From Lingula anatina (taxonomy: Eukaryota; Animalia; Brachiopoda): a DNA stretch of 64,000 nt. This document shows, in pieces, positions 13,417-25,819 of this stretch; the stretch's first letter is position 1, and every line of letters starts with the position of its first letter. Under the pieces are notes generated by a model. It did not search any database and was not told where the DNA came from. It saw only the letters and a program-made list of their open reading frames with translations. Position numbers and translations under genes: made by a program. The stretch is from positions 50,694,788-50,758,787 of the forward strand of contig CM120640.1 in NCBI GenBank assembly GCA_051362555.1, given 5' to 3'.

Positions 13417-14649
13417 TTATGAGTGGTGGCTCCTTTTGTGTCGTAACATATTCCCAGACTGACTGAATGATTTTCCACACACATCACACGAGTAAGGTTT
13501 CTCTCCGGTGTGGATACGTTGATGTTTGTTACAGGTAGAGGCGTCAGCAAAGCGGCGGTGGCACGTGGGACACTGGTAAGGACGCTCTCCAGTGTGAAGG
13601 CGAATGTGGGTCTTCAGAGAGCACATCTGCGTAAAGCACTTGCTGCAGTGTGGACACTTAAACGGGCGATCGGTGGAAGCAGGGTGGCTACGAATGTGGT
13701 TGTTGAGATTGTTTTTACCACTGAAATGCTTTTCACTAAGGTGACAGAAGTGTCGTTTTGCGGGTGGACAGTCTGTTGATGATGTGAAATCAGTATTGTC
13801 ACGTTGACGTTTACGATTAGAAGGAGTACGGGCCACAGAGCCTTCCACTTGTGAAATGAAGTCAACTTGACGGCTGAGGACGCCATCATCGGTGTCTTCG
13901 TGGTCCAGAATGTCACAATCACTGTCAGGAGAGTTATAGCCAGATTCTAATTCCTCCCTCAGCATTTCAACAATCAGAGACAAGTCAGTAGTTTCTCTGG
14001 CTGGAGGTAACCTGTAGATGTCAAACCCATTTGGACATTTTCGTTTGACGTTCAAAGCGTTAGCGGCGGTCTTGTTTGAACGGATTGGGTCTTGTCTACT
14101 GTCTTCATTATCCGCGTAGAAGTCAGTGTGAGGTTGGCCTGTCTCTAGGGTTGTGAAATTGGTCGTCTGGTCAGTGGAATGTTGGTCAAGTTCTCGAATG
14201 CGGCCGATGACATGCTTCAGGTCGCACGTTGACTGGTTGTAAGACACTTGCTGTGCAGGAACAGGAGTCAGGAGGAAGCCACTGCTGCACGATTTACCAG
14301 GTAACCTACAATAAAAGATACAAAAATATCAAATGCGCTATTCATGTAAATAATGCATTTCAGTTATTGAAAATTTAAAATTGAAAGTAATTTAAAAGAT
14401 GACGTTGTGATATTTCTGACGGGCCATATCTAATCGCATAAATTAAACACACAAAACATTGAGAAGATTGCTCAAGAATGTGATTGAATTAATTTTCGGA
14501 GTAACTGGAGCCACTTAATGTTTCTACAATGCTTCTTACCTTTCATAGGTATGTTGGTCGTTATCATACTGAGACTGAAGGAGATGTGGTGGCCAGGCTG
14601 CAGTGAAATGACTGGTGAAGTGATGGGAGGGGTTCATCCACATACTCAT
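13417..14649 (-). CDS. Glass-like C2H2 zinc-finger transcription factor, copy 3 (coding exons 14649-14540 and 14305-13417; 332 aa)
   Basis: Same exon sizes and splice sites. E>G change (PNGFD); exon 2 ends HTYER; finger 1 is also CxxS. Confidence 0.9.
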
Positions 14650-15729
14650 AGTTATCTGAAATGGTAATATGATGTTTAAAAAAAAATGCAAAAATATACA
14701 ATGTATCACAATTTCTTTCTTCAACTGCTGAATAAAAAAATCGTTGACAAAAGTGATTCGATATCGATTTTATCTATAATATCATTTTTTTTCAAATTGC
14801 AATTGAGTTTAATTTAGTGTGTCATTACCTGCAGTTTAAAGAATTTGCTTCAGTGTATTACTTTCAACATGATGAATACCATAGCAACATATATTTTTTT
14901 ACTATAGATTAAAAAACGCACATACCTCTTGTTCAGGTTTTCTTCCGACACAGTAGATGTAGTATAATGGTTCTGGGTGCGTCTCTTGTTACGTCTGCGT
15001 TATAGCTCTAGCAAAGAAGATTCTGAAAGTTCTTGAAACTTTCACAGCCTTTAAAGAAATCCGTCATGCTCCCAACTTTGCGCTCTGTCCTGCAATTGGC
15101 CAGAAATTTTCAATGGTCACAGATCAGCTAACTTTTGATGACACCCTTAATTATCCCTTTAGGGGAAGCGGAGCAACCCGTTAAGGCGTGTCCTTTGATC
15201 GATCTTTATCTTCTTTCCCATTTACCTGTATATCTTGGTTTTGTGAAGGTGACAGCACACTTCAATGATCTAGCGCAATGATCCGAGGAGTAATTAACTG
15301 AATTATCTAAACCCGAAAGACCTTTGATTAAATGATCAGAGGAGAAGGACACGTGTAATCAGGTCTTATCTGATTCTCACCTCAAATTAACGGACCACTT
15401 ACAGTAGGATTAGATCCCTTGCAAATGCTTCTTAACAATCAACCATTCCAACACAAAATTTTTCTATCTTAGCAAACGTCGTTTGTATTTTTATTTTATT
15501 TATTTTATTTTTTTGTGAAAGGTGCTTTACGGGGGTTTACGCGCAAAAATGAGTTTTCCTCGGGAAAAAATATCCTATTTATATTTTATCGCTCGTCTCG
15601 TCCCTGCATTCGAGGTTTTAGTTATTTTCAATTTAATGATATATTTTAATAACCAAGTAGATAACCATATCTTACTGTACATGTTACAAATTTGGAACCA
15701 TTGACATCAGTTACTTATGTTTGTGTTTT

Positions 15730-17520
15730 AATGGTTTTAATCTTTGATCAAAATATTGATTGTTTTGTCTAAAGCAGTGGATCATACCTGAGAAATAACT
15801 AACGGCTGTCATTTTGTTTCTCGGTGAGCTGATAAGATGGGCGTTATACTTGTGGTCAGAGTTTATCTGATAACCATCAATATTAATTAGTCCCTTGCGC
15901 TGGAAGCAAGAGGTTTTCTCAAGCCATAGCCCAGCTAAGTAATCTCTTTCTTATATAAAATGAAAATCGTACAAAATAGTAGAGAATTAAATTTAATATG
16001 TCATGCTTAAAAATTTGAAAACAACAGCAACAATAGAGCGCAACAAGAGCACAAACCTTTTGATAGGAAAAAAAAGATTGGTGGTACTCATAATGTCTGA
16101 TATAGTAAGAGGTACGACTGACAAGCATCGAGTTACCACGCACTGTTCTTGACGTAACGGAACAGAAATAGTGAAAGTGTCTCAAGGCGAACTTAATGAA
16201 CCGTCTTTGATCAAACTTTTGGCTGTTTATCTAATGCAGTAGATCATGCCAGAGGAAGAAATTACTGTTGTTCATTTTTTATATCCGAGACACACAGCCT
16301 CAGTGAAATGATCAGGTGGACGGTTTACCTGTGATCACAAAAATCTGATAACAATCCAGACAGCCGATCAGTCCTTTATGCTGGAAGTGAGAGGTGTTTC
16401 ACAATCGAGAACCCAGCGAAGTATTCTCACTCTGATATGAAATGAAAGAATCGTGCTATACAGAAGAGAATTTTAATTCATAGGAAATGTTTAGGGATTT
16501 GAAAACAAAAACAAAAAGAATGTTACAAAAGCGCAACACTGCTGATGGGAAAAAGATTATTGACAGTTCTATATAAAACATTAGCTGACCAGGATTCGGT
16601 TAAAATTGCAAATTCCCTTTCCCTCCTGAATGCCTATGCTGACGAATTTGTCAACTTTTGTCGATAACCCTTTTAGAGAAAATTTGTCCTATAGCAATCA
16701 TCATTAAACAAGCATGAAAACATCACCCCCTTCATTTGTGGAGATAATAAAAATGAATAAAGTTAGTTGTCAATCGTGACACATGCCGGGCACGCGCTAC
16801 GGCGGTACACGTGTGGTATGTGCCTGTATTTCACACCGACTACGAATTCCACAAATCGCCAAGGTTTTATTAATTCCAGGGTTCTTAGTTTAATCGTGAC
16901 AAATTCTTTACGCCCTTACTTGATTGTGATTCATTCTCAGTCAGTTCTTGCAATTCTTGAGAGATAGTGAAATCGGCACAAAATTTTCGAACCAGTCTTC
17001 TATTTATCAGGAACTGATGTTCATACTCCAGGTCTAGGGCCATAACGGAAAAGAAATAGTGAGAAGCAGCGTAAAATGCTGTAAGGAACCGTTTTTGATA
17101 AAACTTTAGGTTGTTTTATGCAATCCAGTAGATCACACCTGAGGGAAAAATTGCAGTTAACTTTTTTCTTTTCTGTACCTGAGGCAGAGAGCCCCAGTGT
17201 ACTGATCAGGTAGACGGTTTACCTGTAATCAGAGGTTATCAGATAACAACCCAGATAGCCGAACAGTCCCGTATGCTGGAAGTAAAGGTTATTAATTTCA
17301 CAAGCTATAACTCAGCCAAGGTATTCTATTCTTATATTAAATGACAGAAACTTCAAAACTCTGAAAATTTAATTTTATTAAGGACGAATTAGTCCACTCA
17401 TTCTAAATGATACTAAATTTCAGTTCTCTGTTTAGCTCTGCCGAAGACTAAAACATTACACCAGGGCTAACATGATAGCTGCTGATGACGAAGACAAATT
17501 GGCCAATTTCTGTGATTTCC
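15730..17520. repeat. Three more diverged copies of the spacer module between zinc-finger copies 3 and 4
   Basis: Module cores at ~15742-15962, 16205-16444 and 17093-17343 with the same motif order as 4643-4883. Confidence 0.8.
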
Positions 17521-18250
17521 TTAATGTTATAAAAATGGGGTTTACGCAGCGTTTTGGCCTTTTAAGTATCATAACGGTACACGATAATTCTGGTTAATAT
17601 TAATTGTTTTTGACAGTAGTAGTTGTTTCGGTCGTTAAATTTTGCCGTGTAAATGATACCTGGTTTAATGAAGTGTGTAGGTTTAGTCAAATTCTTATCG
17701 GGGCTCGGGTAAATACGATTTGAATTTTATCTGAATGGTATTATATCAAATAATTAAAAAAATAAGTCATAAATATTACATTTATTAGGATTACAAAATA
17801 AATGTAAACTTTCTATATTTGGCAGTACATAACGATTTTACCAATGGATGATATTATTCCATAATCATATACTGATTATCTAACAAGCATAATAACTAAA
17901 CAAGCTTAAGTCGTTATTGTTTATGTCTAGAGCGTTTGGAAATAAACAAGATATACATACAATATTGACAACTTATTGGCAATCTATCACTTAAATCGTT
18001 ACCAGATATCAGAGTCACATGAGAACATACTATAAACAGTAATACAATACACCCATATTTACACATAACGAACCAAGTTATTTGGCGAATCCAGCAAGAA
18101 TATGAATTGGGGAAATATGCAATCTCTTTATATTATATGAACAATAAAAGGATGTGCATATATGGAATGGTTTTTCGTATTTGGTCAGTTTGTGAGCGCT
18201 TTTCCCGGAAAATACGCACATTGTTAATGCAGTAGATGTTATAGTTTGCA

Positions 18251-19690
18251 TTATGAGTGGTGGCTCCTTTTGTGTCGCAGCATATTTCCAGACTGGCTAA
18301 ATGATTTGCCACACACATCACACGAGTAAGGTTTCTCTCCGGTGTGGATACGCTGATGTTTGCTGCAAGTAGAGACGTCAGCAAAGCGGCGATGGCATGT
18401 GGGACACTGGTAAGGACGCTCTCCAGTGTGAAGGCGAACGTGGGTCTTAAGGGAGCACATCTGCGTAAAGCATTTGCTGCAGTATTGACACTTAAACGGG
18501 CGGTCAGTGGAACCAGAGTGACTGCGAATGTGGTTGTTGAGATTGTTTTTACTACTGAAATGCTTGTCACAAAGGTGACAGAAGTGTCGCTTTGCGGGTG
18601 GAGAGTAAGATGTTGATGTGACATCAGTATTGTCACGTTGACGTTTACGATTAGAAGGAGTACGGGCCACAGAGCCTTCCACTAGTGAAATGAAGTCAAC
18701 TTGACGGCTGAGGACGCCATCAGCGGTGTCCTCGTGCTCTAGAATGTCACATTCGCTGTCAGGAGAGTTGTAGCCAGATTCCAATTCCTCCCTCAGCATT
18801 TCAGCAATCAGAGCCAAGTCTGTAGTTTCTCTGGCTGGAGGTAACCTGTAGATATCAAACTCATCTGGACTGGTCTGTTTGACGTCCAGATCATAAGTGG
18901 CGGTGTTGTTTGAATGGCTTGCGTCCTTTCCACTGTCTTCATTATCCGCGTAGAAGTCAATGTGAGGTTGGCCTGTTTCTAGGGTTGTGAAATTGGTTGT
19001 CTGGTCAGCAGAATGTTGGTCAAGTTCTCGGATGCGGCCGATAGCCTGGTTGAGGTCGTTTGTTGACTGGTTGTAAGACACTTGCTGTACAGGAACAGGA
19101 GTCAATAGGAAGCCACTGCCCCATGGTTCACCAGAGAACCTAAGATATACACATAAACATATGTTAAAATTTTTATTTTGATGAATTTCAATTAGATGTG
19201 CACATATTATTTATCGTCTTCAAAGACGCGAACCTTCAATAATAACAATGATATAACAAATCGTTTATCTGTTCATAGTGAATGTTAACTGTAGTGGCTT
19301 CTTTGTCACTTTTCTCTGATTATATTTTCAACTAAAACCACATTCGTATTTTCATTTCTAAAATGACGTTAAGCACGTTTCTATATTAAAGAAAGGTGCA
19401 TATCGGAATGATTCACTCTCAGAATTAGAAGGCCAAGTTCCAATGCAAATTTAACGAGGAAAAATAATGTCTGGCAGCTTAAAACACGTAGATCCAATGC
19501 AAATTTTACGCGGAAAAATAGTGTCTGGCAACTTATCAGCGTGAGTGGGGTCAGTTAATGTTTATGAAAACGTTTCTTACCTTTCAGAGCTATGTTGGTC
19601 GTTATCATACTGAAGCTGAAGGAGATGTGGTGGCCAGGCTGCAGTGAAATGACTTGGGAAGTGGTGGGAGGGGTTCATCCACATACTCAT
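18251..19690 (-). CDS. Glass-like C2H2 zinc-finger transcription factor, copy 4 (diverged paralogue; coding exons 19690-19581 and 19139-18251; 332 aa; four intact fingers)
   Basis: Same 110+889 nt exon structure with GT-AG sites. Finger 1 is intact (FCHLCDKHFSSKNNLNNHIRSH). Non-coding exon 1 donor at ~19890. Introns are not readily alignable to copies 1-3. Confidence 0.92.
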
Positions 19691-21382
19691 GGTTATCTGA
19701 AAAGAGGAGGTATCATTTCGTTTACTCCGTTGATATTTGTTTCAATTTATCTCTCTCATTTATATATCAGAACTCTCAGTTCTTCACCAAATATTCCTGA
19801 CCGGAAGGTTTTCTGTAAGTGTCCTCTGTTTTTTTTAGTTTTAATGCCATATTAATCTACCAGTTAACCCTAATTAGAAGGCAGTCTTACCTCTCGTTCG
19901 GGCTTTATTCCAACACACAGGAGACAGTATATTATTCCTCGGTGCTTCTTTATAATGCTTCTTCTGCGATCTTGCTCTGGCAAAGATGACTGACACTTGT
20001 TTAAAATTTTCCAGCTTTTAAAGGGATTCATCGTTCTTCCAACTTTGCGCAGTTTGTTTTGATTGGTCAGAAGTTATGGGCACGGATCGGCTAGGTGTTA
20101 ACTGCTTTTAACCCGTTAATGATACCTTTAAGGGAAAGCGAAAGGGATGTCCCGTTTAAGGCGTGTCCCGTGATCAGTCTTAATCCCGCCGCCATTCACC
20201 TGCAGATCATGGCTTCAGAAGCGACATTTGCGACCCACCTGAACTATCTGGAGATGCACGATTTTATCTGAGATATGGGTTCTTTCAAGACTGTTAACTG
20301 ATCAAAGGGGTATCTGTCATCTTATCATATTGAGCTAATTAATCGTGGAAAACGCTTTAATCTTTTAATTCGGAAGAATTTCAACAAAACCATGCCTTGT
20401 GTTTTTCCCCAAATAAATGTGACACATACAGTTCATGGATTTTTGTCGTCCATTTTAAAAATTAAAACTAAATTTGAACGAAAGAAAAGACAGTTGAAAC
20501 AAGGGGAAGCCCATGAATGTCATAAAGTCTTAAAGTGACTGGACTGTACAACAGCCAAATTTACCAAAAAGTACGATCATACAAACCGAAGTTTGATGAG
20601 CCGATGTTTATTATTGTTATTTTGAAAGTTTTCAAGTGTTCGTATTGACTGTTCAATCTTGAAACGGTAAATTTTCTGAAGTATTGTTATTTTTCCATCC
20701 TTCTGAATTTTTATTATTGTCTTAAGAGCCACGTGCTATTGACGTGCCGAGATGTTACAGGCGATGTAAAAAATGCATGTAATATTTTTCCCTTTGTGAA
20801 CAATCGAACATCTTACAATCATTGCAGAAATCCCCGTGATTTAAGATTGGTGGGGTTGGGGTGTAATCACGACCTGCGAGTATTTCAAGATGAAACTGGT
20901 TTATTTTCATCCAGTACACCATGGCTTCTAAAAGAACAGTATGAATACGCCTGGATAGTTTGACGCAACGAATAATTATCTTCTTCCTAATGTTTTCAGG
21001 CAATTAATTGAACTGAAGAGCTTCATCCTGTACTCAGCTGTTGTTTGATAGTTATCTCACTGTTCAACAGTTTGACAGTCCGAATGGTCCGTCTCATGCT
21101 AACCTTCTTTAGTTTTTTCAATATATTTACCGTTGTGCTACATTTACGTGTTTTTTAAATGCTAGGCAAACAGATGTAAATAGCGATGCTATATATAGTT
21201 TTGATTGCATAGTTTTAACTTGACACCACAAAAATAACGCGCATATTAAAAGTCTTAAACTTAAGTCTTGCGGTGTATTTGCCTTTAATAGATCTTTTCA
21301 TCAATAGATTGCCATTTTTTGTTTGAAATATTTCCATATGTTTAATAAATATCTTATACAATTTCCATGCAGGACTGTCATA

Positions 21383-21817
21383 CACCCCATTCTCATAGAT
21401 TAGATCGACCTACATTGGATCGACCTAACTCCCTGGGGGTTCACGCTAAATAGCTGTCAGTCGGGCGGACACGAAAGTTAATTACCCCTCAAAGCTTGTA
21501 GTAGGCGGGGACGGACACTTAAGGGGGATTATCTGACAGTAATCTAGTGAGACTCCCCGCGGTGATAGATCGATCTAAAAGTTGTGAGAACAGAGCCTTT
21601 CACCCCATTCTCATAGATTAGATCGACCTACATTGGATCGACCTAACTCCCTGGGGGTTCACGCTAAATAGCTGTCAGCCGGGCGGACACGAAAGTTAAT
21701 TACCCCTTAAAGCTTGTAGTAGGCGGGGACGGACACTTAAGGGGGATTATCTGACAGTAATCTAGTGAGACTCCCCGCGGTGATAGATCGATCTAAAAGT
21801 TGTGAGAACAGAGCCTT
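21383..21817 (+). mobile_element. Tandem dimer of a 218-bp MITE-like repeat
   Basis: Two almost identical units start at 21383 and 21601. The ends are imperfect inverted repeats (tagattagatcgacct ... agatcgatctaaa). The family recurs at 33160-33560. Confidence 0.8.
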
Positions 21818-21918
21818 AATGGTTGAAACAACAATAATGATAAGTTGTAGCATAAATGATTATAAATATAACTTTTTACCTATTGTTCCAAAATCATTAT
21901 CATGAAAATAATTATATT

Positions 21919-22000
21919 TCATCATCATCATCATCATATTATTATTATTATTATTGTTGTTGGTGTTGTTGTTGTTGTTGTTGTTGCTGCTGCTGCTGTT
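21919..22000. repeat. Compound trinucleotide microsatellite (CAT)n(ATT)n(GTT)n(GCT)n
   Basis: Seen directly. Confidence 0.9.
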
Positions 22001-22200
22001 TTTTGGTAAATGACTGTAACATTTCTTTTTACTGAGTGATTAAAAAATCCAAATAACCAGAAAACACAGACATGGTTCACATTTACAGCTTTTTATGCTT
22101 AAAATATACAAATCAGGTCCTTAATAAATGCGGTTTACATGAATTTGTGTAGTAACAGTTTATACACAGTCAAAATTCCCTCTTTTTGAAGACTAGGTAA

Positions 22201-22256
22201 GTCATGTGACTTTAAAGGGCCTTATGTGGTCATGTGATTTGTTGATCCGCCATCTT
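22201..22256 (+). promoter_or_regulatory. RNF103 promoter elements: two M-box/CLEAR-like TCATGTGA sites and a YY1-type CCGCCATCTT
   Basis: GTCATGTGAC at 22201-22210, GTCATGTGA at 22229-22237 and CCGCCATCTT at 22247-22256, about 230-280 bp upstream of the ATG. Confidence 0.5.
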
Positions 22257-22481
22257 GGAACTCGGTGGTGTCAAAGTGCCTGTCAGGAAAACAAGACTGA
22301 CTTCAGGAGTTCTCTGACAGGCACAGTGGACCACTGGACCAACGGTTCATGATCTGAACCGCGATTAATTCGACAGGAAAGAGAAGGCAATTTTGCCATC
22401 ATCATCAAAGGGAAGATATTTCGTTGTGGTGTTGACGTGTACAAACCACTCATTTGCATATGTAAACAAAGTCGATACATT

Positions 22482-25400
22482 ATGTATCTCAAACTTTTGC
22501 TCTTGATGATTTATATTTTGATACTGTTCGTCTTAGCTCGGATTCTTGAGGCAGTATCTTGGTATGAAACCGGATACTTGGCAAGTAAGATCTTGGACCC
22601 CATGGCGCTGAGCGTAAGGAAGCTGAAATTGCTGCTAGACCAGCGAGGGGTCAGCTATGCAGGGGTGGTGGAAAAACGGGAACTCAAAGATTTGGTAGAT
22701 AACATGGGTAAGTATTAATCATGTACATAATTATGCCTCAGTTCTGGTGGTAGAAATATTTTGATGATGGATCGTCAACATAAGTTAACCCACCGTATTT
22801 AAGAGTTTTTAATGAAATACATAAATATGTTGATGAGTTACACTGGAAGTTCATTCTTATGTTTAACATTTTTAACTTTTTATATAATTTTACCATCATA
22901 AGAAATACTCTTGGAGTTGACCCTAAAATTGTAGGTGAGGTTACAGAGGGTGAGCTGGACCAGGCCTGCATGCATGATGAAACTGTTCAGGAGTCTTCAG
23001 AGGGGACAAACTTCACTTGTGGGTCTCATTTCTATGAACAGGTAGAGGACACAAAGGACAGTGTCTGGCTAGTGCAGGTTTGTATTAGCTTCCATTGGAC
23101 CGGCTATTCTGTAGTATGGTAGTTTACAAAATATGGAAGGAATTTTGTTTAAAACTAAGCCCTTTTGACTTTTGTGAAATACATGTAGGCCCAGTTGCTT
23201 TGTTTAAATTAAATAACTATACCTTTTTATCTTACTGTAAAGTTGATATAAAACATTTGAGAACTACTAGGTGATGTGGTGCTAACAAGTGCTTTATTCC
23301 ATTTAAGGTCTGTTCCTACTTTACTGTTGCACTTATATTACAATGAATGTTAAAATATTTTATTAAAATAAGTATTGAGTGTGTATGGTTTTATATATGT
23401 GCCTGTGCATTTCCATTTTGCCTTTGATCGTTTATGATTCTCCAGTGACAGTTTCATTGTGCAAACAAGTATTTCTTCAGTTCATGTACACCATGCCTAT
23501 ATATATAGGTATGTTAACATACAAGTTAATTTAGTTTTTCTAACAGTCACTTTTAAGTGACTAAAATTAAAATGTTATTAAAATTATGCTGGTCACCTGA
23601 TTATGCTAAACTCACTGAGTATAATTCTTCTAATTTCACACTCACAGCTATCCCACCTCTTGACATGACACTTAATCTACTGGTTTGCTAAATTACTTGC
23701 AGATTGGGATCATGTAGCTAACATATATTCGTACTCCTCTACAATAGGTAGTATCGAGTGATGAGAAACCACTTATAGCTGAAGATGACTGGAAACTAAT
23801 ACAGACTAAGGTGTCTCGCTTTGGTGTCAGGACTGGGAAGTTTAAATGTTCTCTAGACAGAAGGTATGTGTGTATTGATAATCTTTATTTAAAATCTAGG
23901 CTGGATGTAGCTTAATTGGGTTAGAATAGTGTGATGCTTTTGTTTATGCTACTATACTAGAATATCAGATTTTCCTTTTTTCTTTACTATTAAGGCTATT
24001 GTATTGCTATTATTATTGTATAACCAGTAGATTATTTCTCTATCATTTAAAACAAGTTTTTGTGTCTTTTCTGTTTGAGTTTATGTCAGAGAAAGTTATG
24101 GATGACATTGCTATTATTATTGTATAACCAGTAGATTATTTCTCTATCATTAAAAATAAGTTTTTGTGTCTTTTCTGTTTCAGTTTATGTCAGAGAAAGT
24201 TATGGATGACATCTCGTCTTGTTATGGCTCTGCCTCATGGCTACCGTGCAAAGGACAATGTAATCCTTCGAACATACACAGGTTCAACCAAAGTACAGGC
24301 TGTATTTGATTGGATAAATCAAATCCTGGCCACAAGAATTAAAAGAATCCACAACTGGACTGACTTTTCAAATGATTGGTACAGTTATGAAGATGTCAAG
24401 AAAAGAACAGAATATCCTGTCAGGGTTGTATTATATTCAAAGACTGTGTTACCACCTATGTTTTTTTCGGCATTGAGTGTAAAATTCACTGGGAGAGTTA
24501 TATTTGGATTAGTGGTGAATTCTTCACTGAAACCCCCAAATATATCTGATCGTTTGAAACTAGGCGAAAAAGAACCATTGTTACATATTTTGACTCCAGA
24601 AAGAAATTATACTTATGGTTCAAAGTCAGGGGAATATTATAATTACAAAAGTATGGAATTATTTTTGAGAACTGTTGTGCCAGAAGTAAATGATTTATTT
24701 ATATTTTTCTTATTTATAGTAAATATATGTGGCATGTCTAGTGTATTTCAAAATCAGGATACATTAATAAGGCGGCTGTGGAGATGTTTGTGGACAGTAG
24801 TTAAGTATAACTGTTTCCTGATATTTTTATGGCTTCCAATTCTTGCAGTATTTCAGTTCCCTTGGATGAAAAGCATGAGTGAAGTTGGCTTGAAAATCAT
24901 CAGAATAGTAAACTGCACAGATTTTGCAGGTTTACTGAGAAAAGACTTACACTTTTACATATCACACAAAGCCATAGCTGTTGTAATTTATTTAGTGTTT
25001 GGGGTGGTGGCAGGATGTCTGTGGAGTAAAGGGAATGTTGATGACCAGCAGGCAGACACTAATAATAATAATGTACCTTGGTGGGCACCTGTTCGGTTGG
25101 ACAATTACCTCTTCCGTCCATCCACTAGTTTGACCAGTCCGTTAAACTCACAAGTTGATTTAGAAGAAGGAATGGAAATGCTTATTGAGCGTCTGGCTGT
25201 ACCAAGTTTCTGGCTTCAGCCTGTTATTTCCAGTGACTATGTCAAGGATCTTCCTGTCTGGAGATTTAATGGAAGCTTCAACAGCTCTGGATCAGAAGAG
25301 GAACAGACAGATGTAGATGTGAAGCAGGATATCGCACCCCAGAGCTGTGAGAAATGTCAACTTGGAAACCTTATTCGTCACTCCCGTGATGAGAATGTTC

Positions 25401-25819
25401 AGAATGTTTCACCCCATTCAGCCAGTTACATAATGGATGCTAACTATAAATGCATTTGTGGGCACCAGCAACCAGCACAGTCAACTCCAGAGGAGAAGTT
25501 TGTAGTAAGGTCAAATGATGGAGACAAAAATAACTGTGGAGTGGAGGCAGACACCCAATCAAATGTGAATAATCGCAAAAGTCGTAGTCCTAAGAGAAAC
25601 AGAAATGGTCTTCCACCTGGTATGTTAGAGTGCTCTGATTGTGTGATATGTTTGGACAGCTACAAGATTGGAAATGTGCTGTGTGGCCTTCCATGCGGTC
25701 ACTCGTTTCATGAGGAATGTATTATGGTGTGGCTCTCCAGAGATAACCATTGCTGTCCAGTGTGTCGCTGGCCATCTTACAGAGCCAAACCTTGCCGCCT
25801 CCATCTACACGAAGAATGA
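22482..25819 (+). CDS. RNF103: E3 ubiquitin-protein ligase RNF103 (KF-1) orthologue; exons 22482-22707, 22935-23077, 23748-23863, 24184-25819; 706 aa
   Basis: N-terminus MYLKLLLLMIYILILFVLARILEAVSWYETG, HFYEQVEDTKDSVWLVQV and KVSRFGVRTG match RNF103. Has TM segments and a C-terminal RING-H2 (CVIC...CGHSFHEEC...CPVC). GT-AG exons sum to 2121 nt in frame. Confidence 0.95.
24003..24210 (+). repeat. 104-bp tandem duplication spanning the RNF103 intron 3/exon 4 junction
   Basis: 24003-24106 matches 24107-24210. The first copy reads tttGAG|tttatgtcag and the second tttCAG|tttatgtcag. Confidence 0.92.

Larger units (their letters stand above)
601..14340. repeat. Near-identical head-to-tail tandem segmental duplication, ~5.81-kb unit (units start at ~601, 6415 and 12225), each carrying one zinc-finger gene
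   Basis: The same sequence recurs at +5814 (taaatatgtgaagctgg at 601, 6415, 12225; ORFs at 1772/7586/13417). Only scattered SNPs and small indels separate units 1 and 2. Identity drops visibly after ~14340. Confidence 0.97.
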
